Under the pieces are notes generated by a model. The model had not been told where the DNA came from, made no database searches, and was given only the letters and a program-made list of their open reading frames with translations. Shown one piece after another: positions 36,471 through 48,071 of a stretch of 64,000 nucleotides of DNA. Position 1 is the first letter of the stretch. Every line of letters begins with the position of its first letter. Location: assembly GCA_030390025.1 (NCBI GenBank), contig JASTWF010000036.1:372001-436000 (forward strand). The letters run 5' to 3'. A program made the translations under genes and the position numbers. Source of the stretch: Squalus acanthias (lineage: Eukaryota).

Positions 36471-36509
36471 CAGTTCTGACGAAAGGTCTTCGACCTGAAA
36501 CGTTAACTG
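36471..36509 (+). ncRNA. Minimal type I hammerhead ribozyme motif (Penelope-associated)
   Basis: CAGUU-CUGACGA-A-AGGUC(UUC)GACCU-GAAACGUU-AACUG: stem I CAGUU/AACUG, canonical core boxes, 5-bp stem II, palindromic AACGUU in place of stem III. Confidence 0.75.
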
Positions 36510-37162
36510 TTTCTCTCTCCACGGATGCTGCCTGGCCTGCTGAGTTTTTCCAGCGTTTTCTGTTGTTGTTTCTGCTTTTATGCATGTTTGCCCTGGGGTC
36601 TTGCTGGTCTAAAGGCTAGACCGCTTTATTTCTGACTGTTCACAATCAGAAAGCGATCCAAACCATACTCGCACAATGAGCGAGAGAGTTTTTCCCCCAA
36701 TTACAGGGAACAGGCCACCGAAAGATTATTTACACAGTCTACGAAGAAACAACATCAAGGCCGGCTAATTTAACATACTTACTCCCCAACATCACAGATT
36801 TCTTTTTTTATCCACTTGTAACGATGCTTTCAAAACACAGTAATTTTTTTAATAAAGCAGTAGTAATAGGTGTGCAACCTCTTAAGACACATCAAAATAG
36901 CAGTCTGATTAAATACAAAATTACAAGGGAACTGCCCGTCTGATCTCAGAACTTGCAGATTACAAAGAACCCGTACAGATGTTATTAAAATGGCTGAGAT
37001 TAGCAGGAATTAACTATCATCTGGTTCCAATCTTAGAATTACATCGAGTGCTCGGCACAAACAGGCCATTCGGCCCAACTGGTCCGTGCCGGTGTTTATG
37101 CTCCACACGAGCCTCCTCCCCACCCCTACTTCATCTCACCCTATCGCCATCTCCATCTATTC

Positions 37163-37686
37163 TCCGCTCCACTCCCACTCTGACCTCACCGTCCTCGGCC
37201 TATTACACTGTTCCACGGAAGCGCAGTGTAAGCTCGAGGAACAGCACCTCATCTTTCGTTTAGGCACCCGACAGCCCTCTGGACTCAACATCGAGTTCAA
37301 CAATTTTAGATCATAACCTCGGCCCCCGTCACATTTATATTTTATTTTTTCATCCACCCTTTTGTTTGGCCCCCCCCCCCTTTTTTTCCCTCCCAGAAGC
37401 TGGCAGCTGTCCTTCATTCTGCCAGTGCATTTCACACTTCATCTAGCCTCTACCTGTTACATCAACACCTCCTCTTGCCTTGATCATCTCTTAACATCTC
37501 TCAATCTCTCCTTTTGTTCTTTCATCCCCTCCCCCTTTTCCCAGCTTTATCCTTGCTTTGAATCTATTTCATTTCCTTCTTTTTTCCAGTTCTGACGAAA
37601 GGTCTTCGACCTGAAACGTTAACGGTTTCTCTCTCCACAGATGCTGCCTGGCCTGCTGAGTTTTTCCAGCGTTTTCTGTTGTTATT
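37163..37686 (+). mobile_element. Penelope-like 3' fragment inserted in a CR1 tail, with 11-bp TSD
   Basis: KLEEQHLIFRLGTRQPSGLNIEFNNFRS; TSD tccatctattc at 37152-37162 and 37687-37697. Confidence 0.8.
37587..37625 (+). ncRNA. Minimal hammerhead ribozyme motif
   Basis: cagtt-CTGACGA-a-aggtc-ttc-gacct-GAAACGTT-aacgg. Confidence 0.7.
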
Positions 37687-37734
37687 TCCATCTATTCCTT
37701 TCTCCCTCATGCGCTTATCCAGCTTCCCCTTAAC

Positions 37735-38670
37735 TTGCATTTATATAGCGCCTTTTAACATAGTAAAACGTCCCAAGGGCGCTTCACAGGAGTGTTATAA
37801 GACAAAACATTTGACAGAGAGACACGAAGGAGAAATTAGGGCAGGTGACCAAAAGCTTGGTCAAAGAGGTGGGTTTTAAGGAGCGTCTTAAAGGAGGAGA
37901 GAGGGGCGGAGAGGGGTTTAGGGAGGGAATTCCAGAGCTCAGGTCCTAGGCAGCTGAAGGCACGGCCGCCAATTGTTGAGCGATTATAATCAGGGGTCAC
38001 TCAAGGAGGCCAGAATTAGAGGAGCGCAGAGATCTCGGGGGGTTGTGGGGCTGGAGGTGGTTACAGAAATAGGGAGGGGCGAGGAGGCCATGGAGAGATT
38101 TGAAAACAAGGATGAGAATTTTGAAAATCGAGGCCAATGTAGGTCAGCGAGCTGATGGGTGAATGGGACTTGGTGCGAGTTAAGACACGGGCAGCCAAGT
38201 ATTGGATCTCCTCAAGTTTACGTCGGGTAGAATGCGGGAGGCCAGCCAGGAGAGCGTTGGAATAGTCAAGTCTAGAGGTAACAAAGGCATCGATGCTATT
38301 CGCCTCAACCACTCCCTGTGGTAGCGAGTTCCACATTCGCACCACTCTCTGGGTAAAGAAGTTTCTTCTGAATTCCCCATTGGATTTATTAGTGACTGTC
38401 TTATATCGATGGCCCCTAGTTCTGGTCTCCCCCCACAAGTGGAAATATCTTCTCTACGTCTAGCCTATCGACACCCTTTCATAATTTTAAAGACCTCTAT
38501 CAGGTCACTCCTCAGCCTTCTCTTTTCTAAAGAAAAAAGAGCCCCAGCCTGTTCAGTCTTCCCTGATCGTTATAACCCCTCAGTTCTGGTATCATCCTGG
38601 AAAAGCTATTTTTAAACCTTTACATCCTTTTTATAACAGATAACAGAGACCAGAGCTGTACGCTGTGTGA
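37735..38670 (-). mobile_element. L2 fragment (about 37735-38290) abutting a CR1 fragment (about 38285-38670)
   Basis: ORF 38061-38438 fuses CR1 FRRNFFTQRVVRMWNSLP with L2 AFVTSRLDYSNALLAGLP. Confidence 0.75.
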
Positions 38671-38679
38671 TTTAGCCAA

Positions 38680-39338
38680 AGAAAGACTTGGCTTTCACAA
38701 CCTCCGGATGTCCCAAAGCACTTTACAGTCAATAAAGTACTTTTTTTTTTGAAGTGTAGACACTGTTGTAATGTGGGGAAACGTGGCAGCTAATTTGCGC
38801 ACAGCAAGCTCCCACAAACAGCAATGTGATAAATGACCAGATCATCTGTTTCAGTGATGTTGGTTGAGGGATAAATTTTGGCCCCAGGACACCGGGGAGA
38901 ACTCCCCCTGCTCTTCTTCGGAATAGTGGCCGTGGAATCTTTTACATCCACTTGAGGGGGCAGACGGGGCCTCGGTTTAACGTCTCATCCGAAAGACGGC
39001 CCCTCCGACAGTGCAGCACTCCCTCAGTACTGCCCTTCTGACAGTGCGGTGCTCCCTCAGTACCGCCCCTCCGACAGTGCGGCGCTCCCTCAGTACCGCC
39101 CCTCCGACAGTGCAGCGCTCCCTCAGTACCGCCCCTCCGACAGTGCAGCGCTCCCTCAGTACCGCCCCTCCGACAGTGCGGCGCTCCCTCAGTACTGCCC
39201 CTCGACAGTGCGGCGCTCCCTCAGTACTGCAATGGAGTGTCAGCCTAGATTTTTGTGCTCAAGTCTCTGGAGTGGAACTCGAGCCCACAACACACTGACT
39301 CAGGCGAGGGTGCTGCCCGCTGAGCCACGGCTGACACT
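38680..39338 (-). mobile_element. Full-length Deu-SINE immediately downstream of the LRP1 exon
   Basis: Head, about 7 minisatellite units, core and tail on the minus strand. Confidence 0.8.
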
Positions 39339-39500
39339 AAGGTTCTGTACAAGTTTAACGCAACTTGCATTATTCCTCTAGAAACGAACACCACGCATTG
39401 CGTTACGGCTTTTTTAACCTGCGTCTCTACTTTTAATGGTTTTACATTTAGACATAGATTCCCCCCACCACCCCCAAAGTAAGGTTGCCATTATACTTAC

Positions 39501-39623
39501 AGACATCTGCTGTTTCATCTGAGCCATCGGGACAGTCTTTCTCGCCATCACACCGCCAGCCTTTAGATATACACGTTATCTGATCCTTGCATACAAACTG
39601 TTTGGGGCTACACGTCTTCTGTG
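39501..39623 (-). CDS. LRP1: LRP1 internal coding exon (equivalent to human exon 2), first LDL-receptor class A repeat
   Basis: Minus-strand translation (A)[40 protein letters not shown](C) closely matches recalled human LRP1 [42 protein letters not shown] and not LRP1B. Acceptor ccctttttcacag| ends at 39624 and donor |gtaagt starts at 39500. Length is 123 bp, phase 1-1. Confidence 0.95.
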
Positions 39624-39699
39624 CTGTGAAAAAGGGGCAGACAAGACACGGCAAGAATTAGGCAGCGGTATGGCAAAATTCATCAACGGTTGAACAAAT

Positions 39700-40035
39700 A
39701 TAAATAAACCACTAGTTCGGCCCCAGCTGGATCGTCTCCAATTCTGGGCACCACACCGGAGGAAGGACGGGAAGGATTTGGAGAGGGTGCAGCGGAGATT
39801 TACTAGAATGGTTCCCGGGGATGAGGGATTACAGTTACGTGGATGGACTGCAGAAGCTGGGGTTGTTCTCCTCGGAGTAGAGAAGGCCACGAGGAGATTT
39901 GACAGAGGTGTTCAAAAATCACGAAGGGTTTAGACAGAGTAAATAAAGAGAAACTGTTTCCAGTGGCTGAAGGGTCGATAACCAGAGGGCACAGATTTAA
40001 GGTGATTGGCAAAAGAACCAGAGGCGACAGGAGGA
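39700..40035 (+). mobile_element. CR1 fragment
   Basis: Same subfamily text as 8690-9020. Confidence 0.7.
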
Positions 40036-40040
40036 ATAAC

Positions 40041-40530
40041 TTGTTGGTTGAGGGATGAGTATTGGCCCCAGAACTCCCCTGCTCTTCTTCCAATAGTGGC
40101 CATGGGATCTTTTACGTTCAGCTGAGGGGGCAGACGGGGCCTCGGTTTAACGTCTCATCCCAAAGGTACCTCCGACAGCGCAGCGCTCCCTCAATACTGC
40201 CCCTCCGACAGTGCGGGGCTCCCTCAGTACTGCCCCTCCAACAGCGCGGCGCTCCCTCAATACTGCCCCTCCGACAGCGCGGCGCTCCCTCAATACTGCC
40301 CCTCCGACAGTGCAGGGCTCCCTCAGTACTGCCCCTCCAACAGCGCGGCGCTCCCTCAATACTGCCCCTCCGACAGCGCGGCGCTCCCTCAATACTGCCC
40401 CTCCGACAGTGCGGGGCTCCCTCAGTACCGCCCCTCAACAGTGCAGCACTCCCTCAGTACTGCCCCTCCGACAGTGCGGCGCTCCCTCAGTAATAGCACT
40501 GCTAGTGTCGGCCTGGATTATGGGGCTGGG
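40041..40530 (-). mobile_element. Deu-SINE fragment with about 10 minisatellite units
   Basis: Core plus 33-bp units with locus-specific caatactg variants. Confidence 0.8.
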
Positions 40531-40894
40531 ACCTCCATAACCAAGGCTGCAAATGGGTAACGAAAATTGGAATTTGCTATTGAGCACCCCCTGACGCAAG
40601 CATTTTCTGAAATCTAGATTTATCTTTTACCAAAACAAAAACCACTAAAAGTTAAGGCATACATTATCATGACGTAGTGCGCACAAATATATCAGACATG
40701 TTTGGCAACAAAATAAAACTCTCTGCATTGTTAATTATAATCATTATCTCGGGCATAGAATCAAAGCACTTGAAGCGAACACATACACAGTGCAATGAGA
40801 ATAAGGCTGGGGAAAACCTTTGAAGGAAACAGTTTAATGACTCCTTTGTACCAGGTCCTTCGCGGTGCGGTTCAGGAGAGTTCAATCCCTACTT

Positions 40895-42045
40895 TTCACA
40901 GAATCGCAGAAACTTACAGCACAGGAGGAGGCCCTTCGGCTCGTCGAGCCTGTGCCAGCTCTTTGAAAGAGCAGTCGTGCTCAGTCCCACACCCCCCCGC
41001 TTTTTGCCCGTAACCCTGTCAGTCCCTCGTCCTCCAGTACCCGTCAAACTCGCTTTCAAAATATACTGATGGAATCAGCTTCCAACACCTTTTGGGGTCG
41101 GGCGTTCCCGATCCCCGCAACTCTCGGGGTGAAAACATTTCTCCTCATCTCCCCCCTAGATCTTCTGCCAATGTTTTTGAATCTATGTCCTCTGGTTATT
41201 GAGCCACTCGCCAGAGGGGAATAGTCTTTCCCCCTCTACTCCATCAAAACCTCTCATCATCGTGAAAGCCTCCTAACCGTCTCTGGTCACCTGTCCTAAT
41301 ATCTCCTTGTGTGGCTCTGTGTCAAATTTTGTCGGATTTACACTCCTGTGAAGCGCCTTGGGATGTTTTACTACGTTAAAGGCGCTGTATAAATGCAAGG
41401 TTGCTGAAAAGAATGATCAAAAAATGGTTCAGAACATGCAGGAGCAGGCCATTCGGCCCTTCGAGCCTGCTCCACCATTCAATGGCTGATCTTCTGCCTC
41501 AACTCCATTCACCGGCCCTATCGCCATATCCCTTGATGCCCTTACTAGTTAGAAATCTATTGACTTCTGTTTTGAATATACCCAATGACTGAGCCTCCAC
41601 AGCCCTCTGGGGTAGAGAATTCCAAAGATTCACCACCCTCTGTGAAGAAATTACTCCTCATCTCAGTCCTGAATGGCCGACCCTTTATCCTGAGGCTGTG
41701 GCCCCTGGTTCTAGACTCCCCAGCTAAGGGAAACATTCTCCCAGCATCCACCCTATCAAGCCCTGTAATAATTTTGTATGCTTCAATGAGATCCCCTCTC
41801 ATTCTTCTGAATTCAAGAGAATACAGGCCTAGTCTACTCCATCTCTTCTCATAAGACAGTCCCACCATCCCAGGAATTAATCTCATGAACCTTGGTTGCA
41901 CTCCCTCTGTGGCAAGTATATCCTTCCTTAGGTAAGGAGACCAAAACTGTACACAGTACTCCAGGTGGGGTCTCACCAAGGCCCTATATAATTGGAGTAA
42001 GACTTCTTTACTCCTGTACTCAAATCCTCTTGTAATGAAGGTTAA
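40895..42045 (-). mobile_element. CR1 fragments (40895-41270 and 41430-42045) separated by a plus-strand L2 tail
   Basis: ORF 41557-41979 has [19 protein letters not shown]. Confidence 0.8.
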
Positions 42046-42539
42046 CCAAGTAAATCACGAATGCATTGCCAATAGGGAGCTGATGAACACAGTATTTTTT
42101 TGGAATTACATTATCGATACGGATACACGCCCAAACAGGCATTGGACTTCGGAAAAAGGCTTCAGAAACTCACTCGACAGTGGCTAGAACTAATGCGTGA
42201 CAGAGGAGAGCTACAGAATTGAACAGGAAATGGCTGACAAGATGAAGTTGTTGACAGAAAAGTGACTAAAAATTGCAACAGGTTGAAGGACAGGAAACGT
42301 CGTCTATGCAGAATGAAGAAAATAAAATTATGCTCCTGCCTTTTACCGGCCCCCGCCTAGCTCCCCGCTGCCTTCCCATCGACTTCCCTTCCTTCAAAAA
42401 CCTTCCTCAAAACACAGTCTTCGGCCGCGTCTTTAACTCGTGCATTGCCCCCCCGCCGGCAAAAAAATGTTTCACTCTCCCTTCTCGTCAAATACCCACC
42501 GCTACCCCGCACCTTGTGAAGTGCTTCAAGACGTCTTCT

Positions 42540-43110
42540 TTCATTCAGTCCGCACACGAGGCCCCCACCAACCCCTCGCCGAGCTTCCGGCCGCCTGTCG
42601 TTTTAGTTCCCCGAGCCCACTCCCACCTCAAACCGTCCTTCGACATCTTGCACTGTTCCAGCGAAGCTCGAGGAACAGCCCCGTATCTTTCGATCTGGCA
42701 CTTTTACAGCCTTCCGGACTCAACCTCGAGTTTCAGACCATTATCTCGGGCCCCCATTTCTTCCAGGCGACAGCTGTTGTTGATTGTGCCATTCACCTTC
42801 CCACCTCCTCGGGACCCATCTTTTGTTTCTTTACTTGCCCCCGTTACCATCCCCTTTCGCCTCACATCATCAGAGTTTGTCATTTAATCTCTCCCGCCTT
42901 CCACTGACCTTGTTCTTTTCCCCCCTGCCTCTGCACTCGCTTAAAAAACCTGTTCCATCTCTAACTTTTTCCAGTCCTGACGAAAGGGCATCGACCTGAA
43001 ACGTTAACTCTGTTTCTCTCTCCCCCCCCCCGCCAGATGCTGCCTGACCCGCTGAGTATTTCCAGCAATTTTCTGTTTACATTTCAGTTTTCCAGCATCC
43101 GCAGTATTGG
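42540..43110 (+). mobile_element. Degraded Penelope-like 3' end with hammerhead motif at 42972-43010
   Basis: Similar to 35130-35340; cagtc-CTGACGA-aagggcatcgacct-GAAACGTT-aactc. Confidence 0.7.
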
Positions 43111-43424
43111 GCTTCTATCGAGACGGTTCCTTCTGTGCATTTCCGCAACGGAAGCCGCTCCAAGCAGCGAGCATTCGCTGCTACACATACCGCGAACGTG
43201 AGAACCGTTGCAGCGAACACTACCACAAAGATATCTTCGGTTACGTGTAAATGTTTTCAGAGTGTCAAATATTAATCTTACAAGCAACAGCACAAACTTG
43301 CTCCTGATAATGTGTAAATTTCAGGTGCTGACAGACGAGCACATTACTCACCAAGATAAGAACTGGACCGATAGAAGCATACCTGTTCCTCGATTTTAAA
43401 ATCCTCCCCCCGCCACCCGCTCCC

Positions 43425-43797
43425 CATCTCTGTAACCTCCGCCAGCCCCTACAACCCTCCCTATCTCTGTAACCTCCTCCAGCCCCCTACAACCCTCCCT
43501 ATCTCTGTAACCTCCTCCAGCCCCTACAACCCTCCCTATCTCTGTAACCTCCTCCAGCCCCCTACAACCCTCCCTATCTCTGTAACCTCCTCCAGCCCCT
43601 ACAACCCTCCCTATCTCTTTAACCTCCTCCAGCCCCCTACAACCCTCCCTATCTCTGTAACCTCCTCCAGCCCCCTACAACCCTCCCTATCTCTGTAACA
43701 TCCTCCAGCCCCCTACAACCCTCCCTGTCTCTTTAACCTCCTCCAGCCCCCTACAACCCTCCCTATCTCTGTAACCTCCTCCAGCCCTGACAACCCC
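43425..43797 (+). repeat. 37-38-bp L2-derived minisatellite, about 10 copies
   Basis: Unit ccctatctctgtaacctcctccagcccc(c)tacaaccct. Confidence 0.9.
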
Positions 43798-44482
43798 GAG
43801 ATATCTGTGCTCCTCCTGTGGAGGAGGCCAATAGCGGAGACGCATTTAAGGGGAAAGCTAGATAAACACATAAGGGAGAAAGAAATAGAAGGATATGGTG
43901 AGATGAGGAAGGAAAGGAGGAGGCTCCTGTGGAGCTTAAACACTGGCACGGACCAGTTGGGCCGAATGGCCTCTTTCTCTGCTGTGAACACTGTGTAATT
44001 AGCGGCAAGTTTGGAGGCACAGTTTTGAGCTCTGAACTTGAGAGATTAAATCCCAGTCTGGAGTCCAATAGCGCACAGAACAGTTGTGGCGAACTATGAT
44101 TTCAGTGAAAGACAGTATTAATTATTTAGTGCCTGGTCGCTCAGACAGACTCCCTTCAAGAGCCAGACCCTCCCATTCACTAAAGCTGTAATAACTTGAA
44201 CCGACTACATAAACACAACTAGTTCACAGGACACCGGATACGGAGTTAAGCCTGGTGGATGAAGGGTAAAAAAAACTGCATTGGGGGAAAACGAATGAGG
44301 GGAACTTAACAAAAAAAGATAAATCTCCTTAAAATTTATTTTTAATTGTATAGGCCTACCTACTATTTAGCATCATTACAGAACTTTGCTCAGGATCTGA
44401 ATAGTTATCCCAGAGAGGAGGAGAAAAAAATAGCGTCACAAAAGAACGCACACCGAGGCCATTTAACACAAAAGTCCCACTC

Positions 44483-45380
44483 TAGTTTTGGTCTCCTTAC
44501 CCAAGGAAGGATATACTTGTCTTAGCGGGAGTGCAGCGAAGGTTCACTAGACTGATTCCTGGGATGTGAGGGCTGTCCTATGAAGAGAGATTGAGGCTAT
44601 ATTCTGTGGCGGTTCGAAGAATGAGAGGCGACCTCATTGAAACGTATAAAGTTCTTAAAGGGCTTTGACAGGGTAGATGCTGAGAGGCTGCTTTCCCCCC
44701 CCTGGCGGGAGAGTCGAGAACCAGGGGTCACAGTCTCAGGATAAGGGGTCGGCCATTTAGGACTGAGATGAGGAGGAATTTCTTCACTCAGAGGGGGGTG
44801 AATCTTTGGAATTCTCTACCCCAGAGGGCTGTGGAGGCTCAGTCGTGGAGTATATTCAAGGCTGAGATCGATGGATTTTTGGGCACATGGGGAATCAAGG
44901 GATATGGGGATCGGGCGGGAAAGTGGAGCAGGCTCGAGGGGCCGTACAGCCTCCTCCTGTTCCTGTGTAACAGGCTCGAGGGGCTGAATGGCCTCCTCCC
45001 GTTACTAATGTAACAGGCTCGAGGGGCTGAATGGCCTCCTCCTGTTCCTAATGCAACAGGCTCGAGGGGGGCTGAATGGCCTCCTCCTGTTCCTAATGCA
45101 ACAGGCTCGAGGGGGGCTGAATGGCCTCCTCCTGTTCCTAATGCAACAGGCTCGAGGGGGGAGGGGGGAGGGGAGGCTGAATGGCCTCCTCCTGCTCCTG
45201 AGTAACAGGCTCGAGGGGGGCTGAATGGCCTCCTCCTGTTCCTAATGTAACAGGCTCGAGAGGGGCTGAATGGCCTCCTCCTGTTCCTAATGTAACAGGC
45301 TCGAGGGGGACTGAACGGCCTCCTCCTGTTCCTAATGTAACAGGCTCGAGGGGCCTGAATGGCCTCTTCCTGCTCCTATG
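44483..45380 (+). mobile_element. CR1 3' fragment with tail minisatellite (about 44927-45380)
   Basis: RRNFFTQRGVNLWNSLPQRAVEAQS followed by about 10 units of 43-45 bp. Confidence 0.85.
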
Positions 45381-45769
45381 TAGCTTCAGGGCCTCGAGGT
45401 CTCATTCAGCCCTGAGTGATTAAGCATTTGTTCAGAAACTTTTTTTTTTTAAATAAAAGGTTGGCTATAGGTCTTCAAGCAGGCAGTTTTGGCAGTGGCG
45501 GAGGAGAGTGGGAGGCTAATGCTGTAAGCAGATGTGCTATGTTGTAATCAACTCCTCCCTCTCGGTCTCCTCGCTGCCAATATATACATATGGTCACGCT
45601 CTTTAAACTGGTGCCGGACAAAAAGGATTAATTTTTTTTGTCAGCACAAGGCACAAAGTCACGACATAATCGTATGAGTCAGTCAATCAATCAGGCTTCA
45701 CTGCAACACTGCCACAGTTCGAGAGGCGCACGAGCACATCGGGTTGCTTGAATCGCGGCCCATTTCTTG

Positions 45770-46410
45770 ACAATTTCTCCGCACAGGAGGCCAATCGGCC
45801 CATCGTGCCTGTGCCGGCTCTTTGAACGAGCTCTCCAATTAGTCCCACTCCCCCCCAACCCCTGCTCTTTCCCCCGTAGCCCTGCATTCATTTTCCCCTT
45901 CAAGTATTTATCCAATTACCCTTTTGAAAGTTACTATTGAATCTGCTCCCACCGGCCTTTCAGGCAGCGCATTCCAGATCACAACAACTCGCTGCGTAAA
46001 AAACATTCTCCTCATCTCCCCCTCTGGTTCTTTTGCCGATTATCTTCAATCTGTGTCCTCTGGTTACCGACCCTCCTGCCACTGGGAACAGTTTCTCCCT
46101 CTCTACTCCCATCAAAACCCCTCGTAATTTTGAACGCCTCTATTTAAAATCGCCACCTTAACCTTCTCTGCTCTAAGGAGAACAACCCCAGCTTCTCCAG
46201 TCTCTCCGCATAACTGAAGTCCCTCATCCCCTGGTACCATTCTAGTAAATCTCCTTGGCACACTCTCCAAGGCCCTTGACATCCTTCCGAAAGAGTGGTG
46301 CCCAGAATTGGAAACAATACTCCAGCTGGGGCCGAAGCAGTGATTTATTTTTAGCATAACTTCCTGGCTTTTGCACTCCTGTGCCTCTATTTATCAGACC
46401 CAGGGTTCCA
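45770..46410 (-). mobile_element. CR1 fragment
   Basis: SLLRPQLEYCFQFWAPLFRKD. Confidence 0.75.
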
Positions 46411-46654
46411 TATGTTTTTCTCCGATCCCTACAATTAATCCGCAACATGGTCTGCTTTTCTGTTCCATTTATTGCACAAGTTTACGGGGACACTGGACCC
46501 CAGTGTCCTGGGGCCAATATTTATCCCTCAACCACCATCACTAAAAATAAAACCAGATGATCCGGACATTTATCACATTGCTGTTTGTGGGAGCTTGCTG
46601 TGCGCGAATTGACATTCTAATCCCGTAATAGGAGTGCTCAATCACAACCGAACA

Positions 46655-47480
46655 ACTCGCATTTCTACAGCTGCCTTTCACCACCTCAGGACGTCCCGAA
46701 GCGCTTCACAGCCAATGAAGTACTTTTTTTGAAGTGGAGTCACTGTTGTAATGTAGGAAACGCAGCAGCCAATTTGCACACAGCAAGCTCCCACAAACAG
46801 CAATGCAGATAATGACCAGATCATCTGGTTTTTTTGTGATGTTGGTTGAGGGATAAATATTGGCCCCAGGACACCGGGAGAACTCCCTCCCCACCCCGCT
46901 CTTCTTCGAAATAGTGGCCATGGGATCTTTTACATCCACTGGCGATGGCAGACGGAGCCTCGGTTTAACATCTCATCCGAAAGACGGCACCTCCGACAGT
47001 GCGGCGCTCCCTCAGTACCGCCCCTCCGACAGTGCGGCGCTCCCTCAGTACCGCCCCTCCGACAGTGCGGCGCTCCCTCAGTACTGCCCCTCCGACAGTG
47101 CGGCGCTCCCTCAGTACCGCCCCTCCGACAGTGCGGCGCTCCCTCAGTACCGCCCCTCCCACTGAGGGAACGCCGCACTGTCAGAGGGGCAGTACTGAGG
47201 GAGCGCTGTAAAAGATCCCATGGCCACTATTCAAAGTAGAGCAGGGGGAGTTCTCCCCGGTGTCCTGGGGACCAATATTTATCCCTCAACCAACATCACT
47301 AAAAACAGATTTTCTGGTCATTTATCACATTGCTGTTTGTGGGAGCTTGCTGTGTGCAAATTGGCTGCCGCGTTTCCCACATTACAACGTGTGACTGTGC
47401 TTCAAAAAAATACTTCATTGGCTGTGAAGCACGTTGGGACGGCCGGAGGTGGTGAAAGGCGCTGGAGAAATGCGAGTAGT
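46655..47480. mobile_element. Two Deu-SINE halves joined head-to-head within the minisatellite (fold-back)
   Basis: Minus copy 46655-47160 and plus copy 47161-47480. Confidence 0.8.
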
Positions 47481-48071
47481 CTTCGAAGTAGTTCCGCCAC
47501 TTTAGGTAATGCAGTACAAGAGAAACACAAGATAAACGAGCGATACCCCACAACGCCCGACTGCACAAGTACGGCCAATTACAGTTTCTTCATTCAATCT
47601 TTGAAGAATTTTCGAAACATCAGGGAGCAGGAGGGACGTCAAAAGCAAAAAAAAAAAAAAACACCCACGACTGAAGGCAGATCTCTGCAGGTCAGCGCAC
47701 ACGGCATTTTCTCAAATCAACTTCTGACGAGGAGACCGGAGATTGTAACCATTCACTAAGAGCATGCGATGGAGACTGCGAAAATCAGGCGGGCAGCGAG
47801 TGGAGTAAAGTTGTCGTTTCTGCCTGGCGAATTGAGCACGTGATTACACACGGCGAAGAAAAATAGTGAGACTGAAACAAACCCAGAACCAACCACTGAG
47901 CTCGGAACAAAATCAATTCCAAAATGATGTCTACCTACAGGACACCGACCACCATAGGCAACTATTTCGATAAGAATTTTGAATTCAATGAGAGATTCAA
48001 GAATGAACTCAATTTGCCCCACAGGCACATTGAGGTTTTCATTATTAAAACCATCAGAAACTTTTTTTAAA

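Larger units (their letters stand above)
35020..36575 (+). mobile_element. Penelope-like element 3' end (GIY-YIG endonuclease and pLTR), split by MITE copy 2
   Basis: YCIRCSRCGLLYIGETKRRLGDCFAEHLRSV...HFNS...RKLEEQHLIFRLGTLQSSGLYIEF is a PLE GIY-YIG domain; the 3' region resumes at 36377 and carries a hammerhead motif. Confidence 0.85.

Noticed and set aside
39448..39654. Standalone 68-aa ORF, or assignment to LRP1B
   Set aside because: Homology is confined to the AG/GT-bounded exon, and the sequence matches LRP1 ([22 protein letters not shown]) rather than LRP1B.
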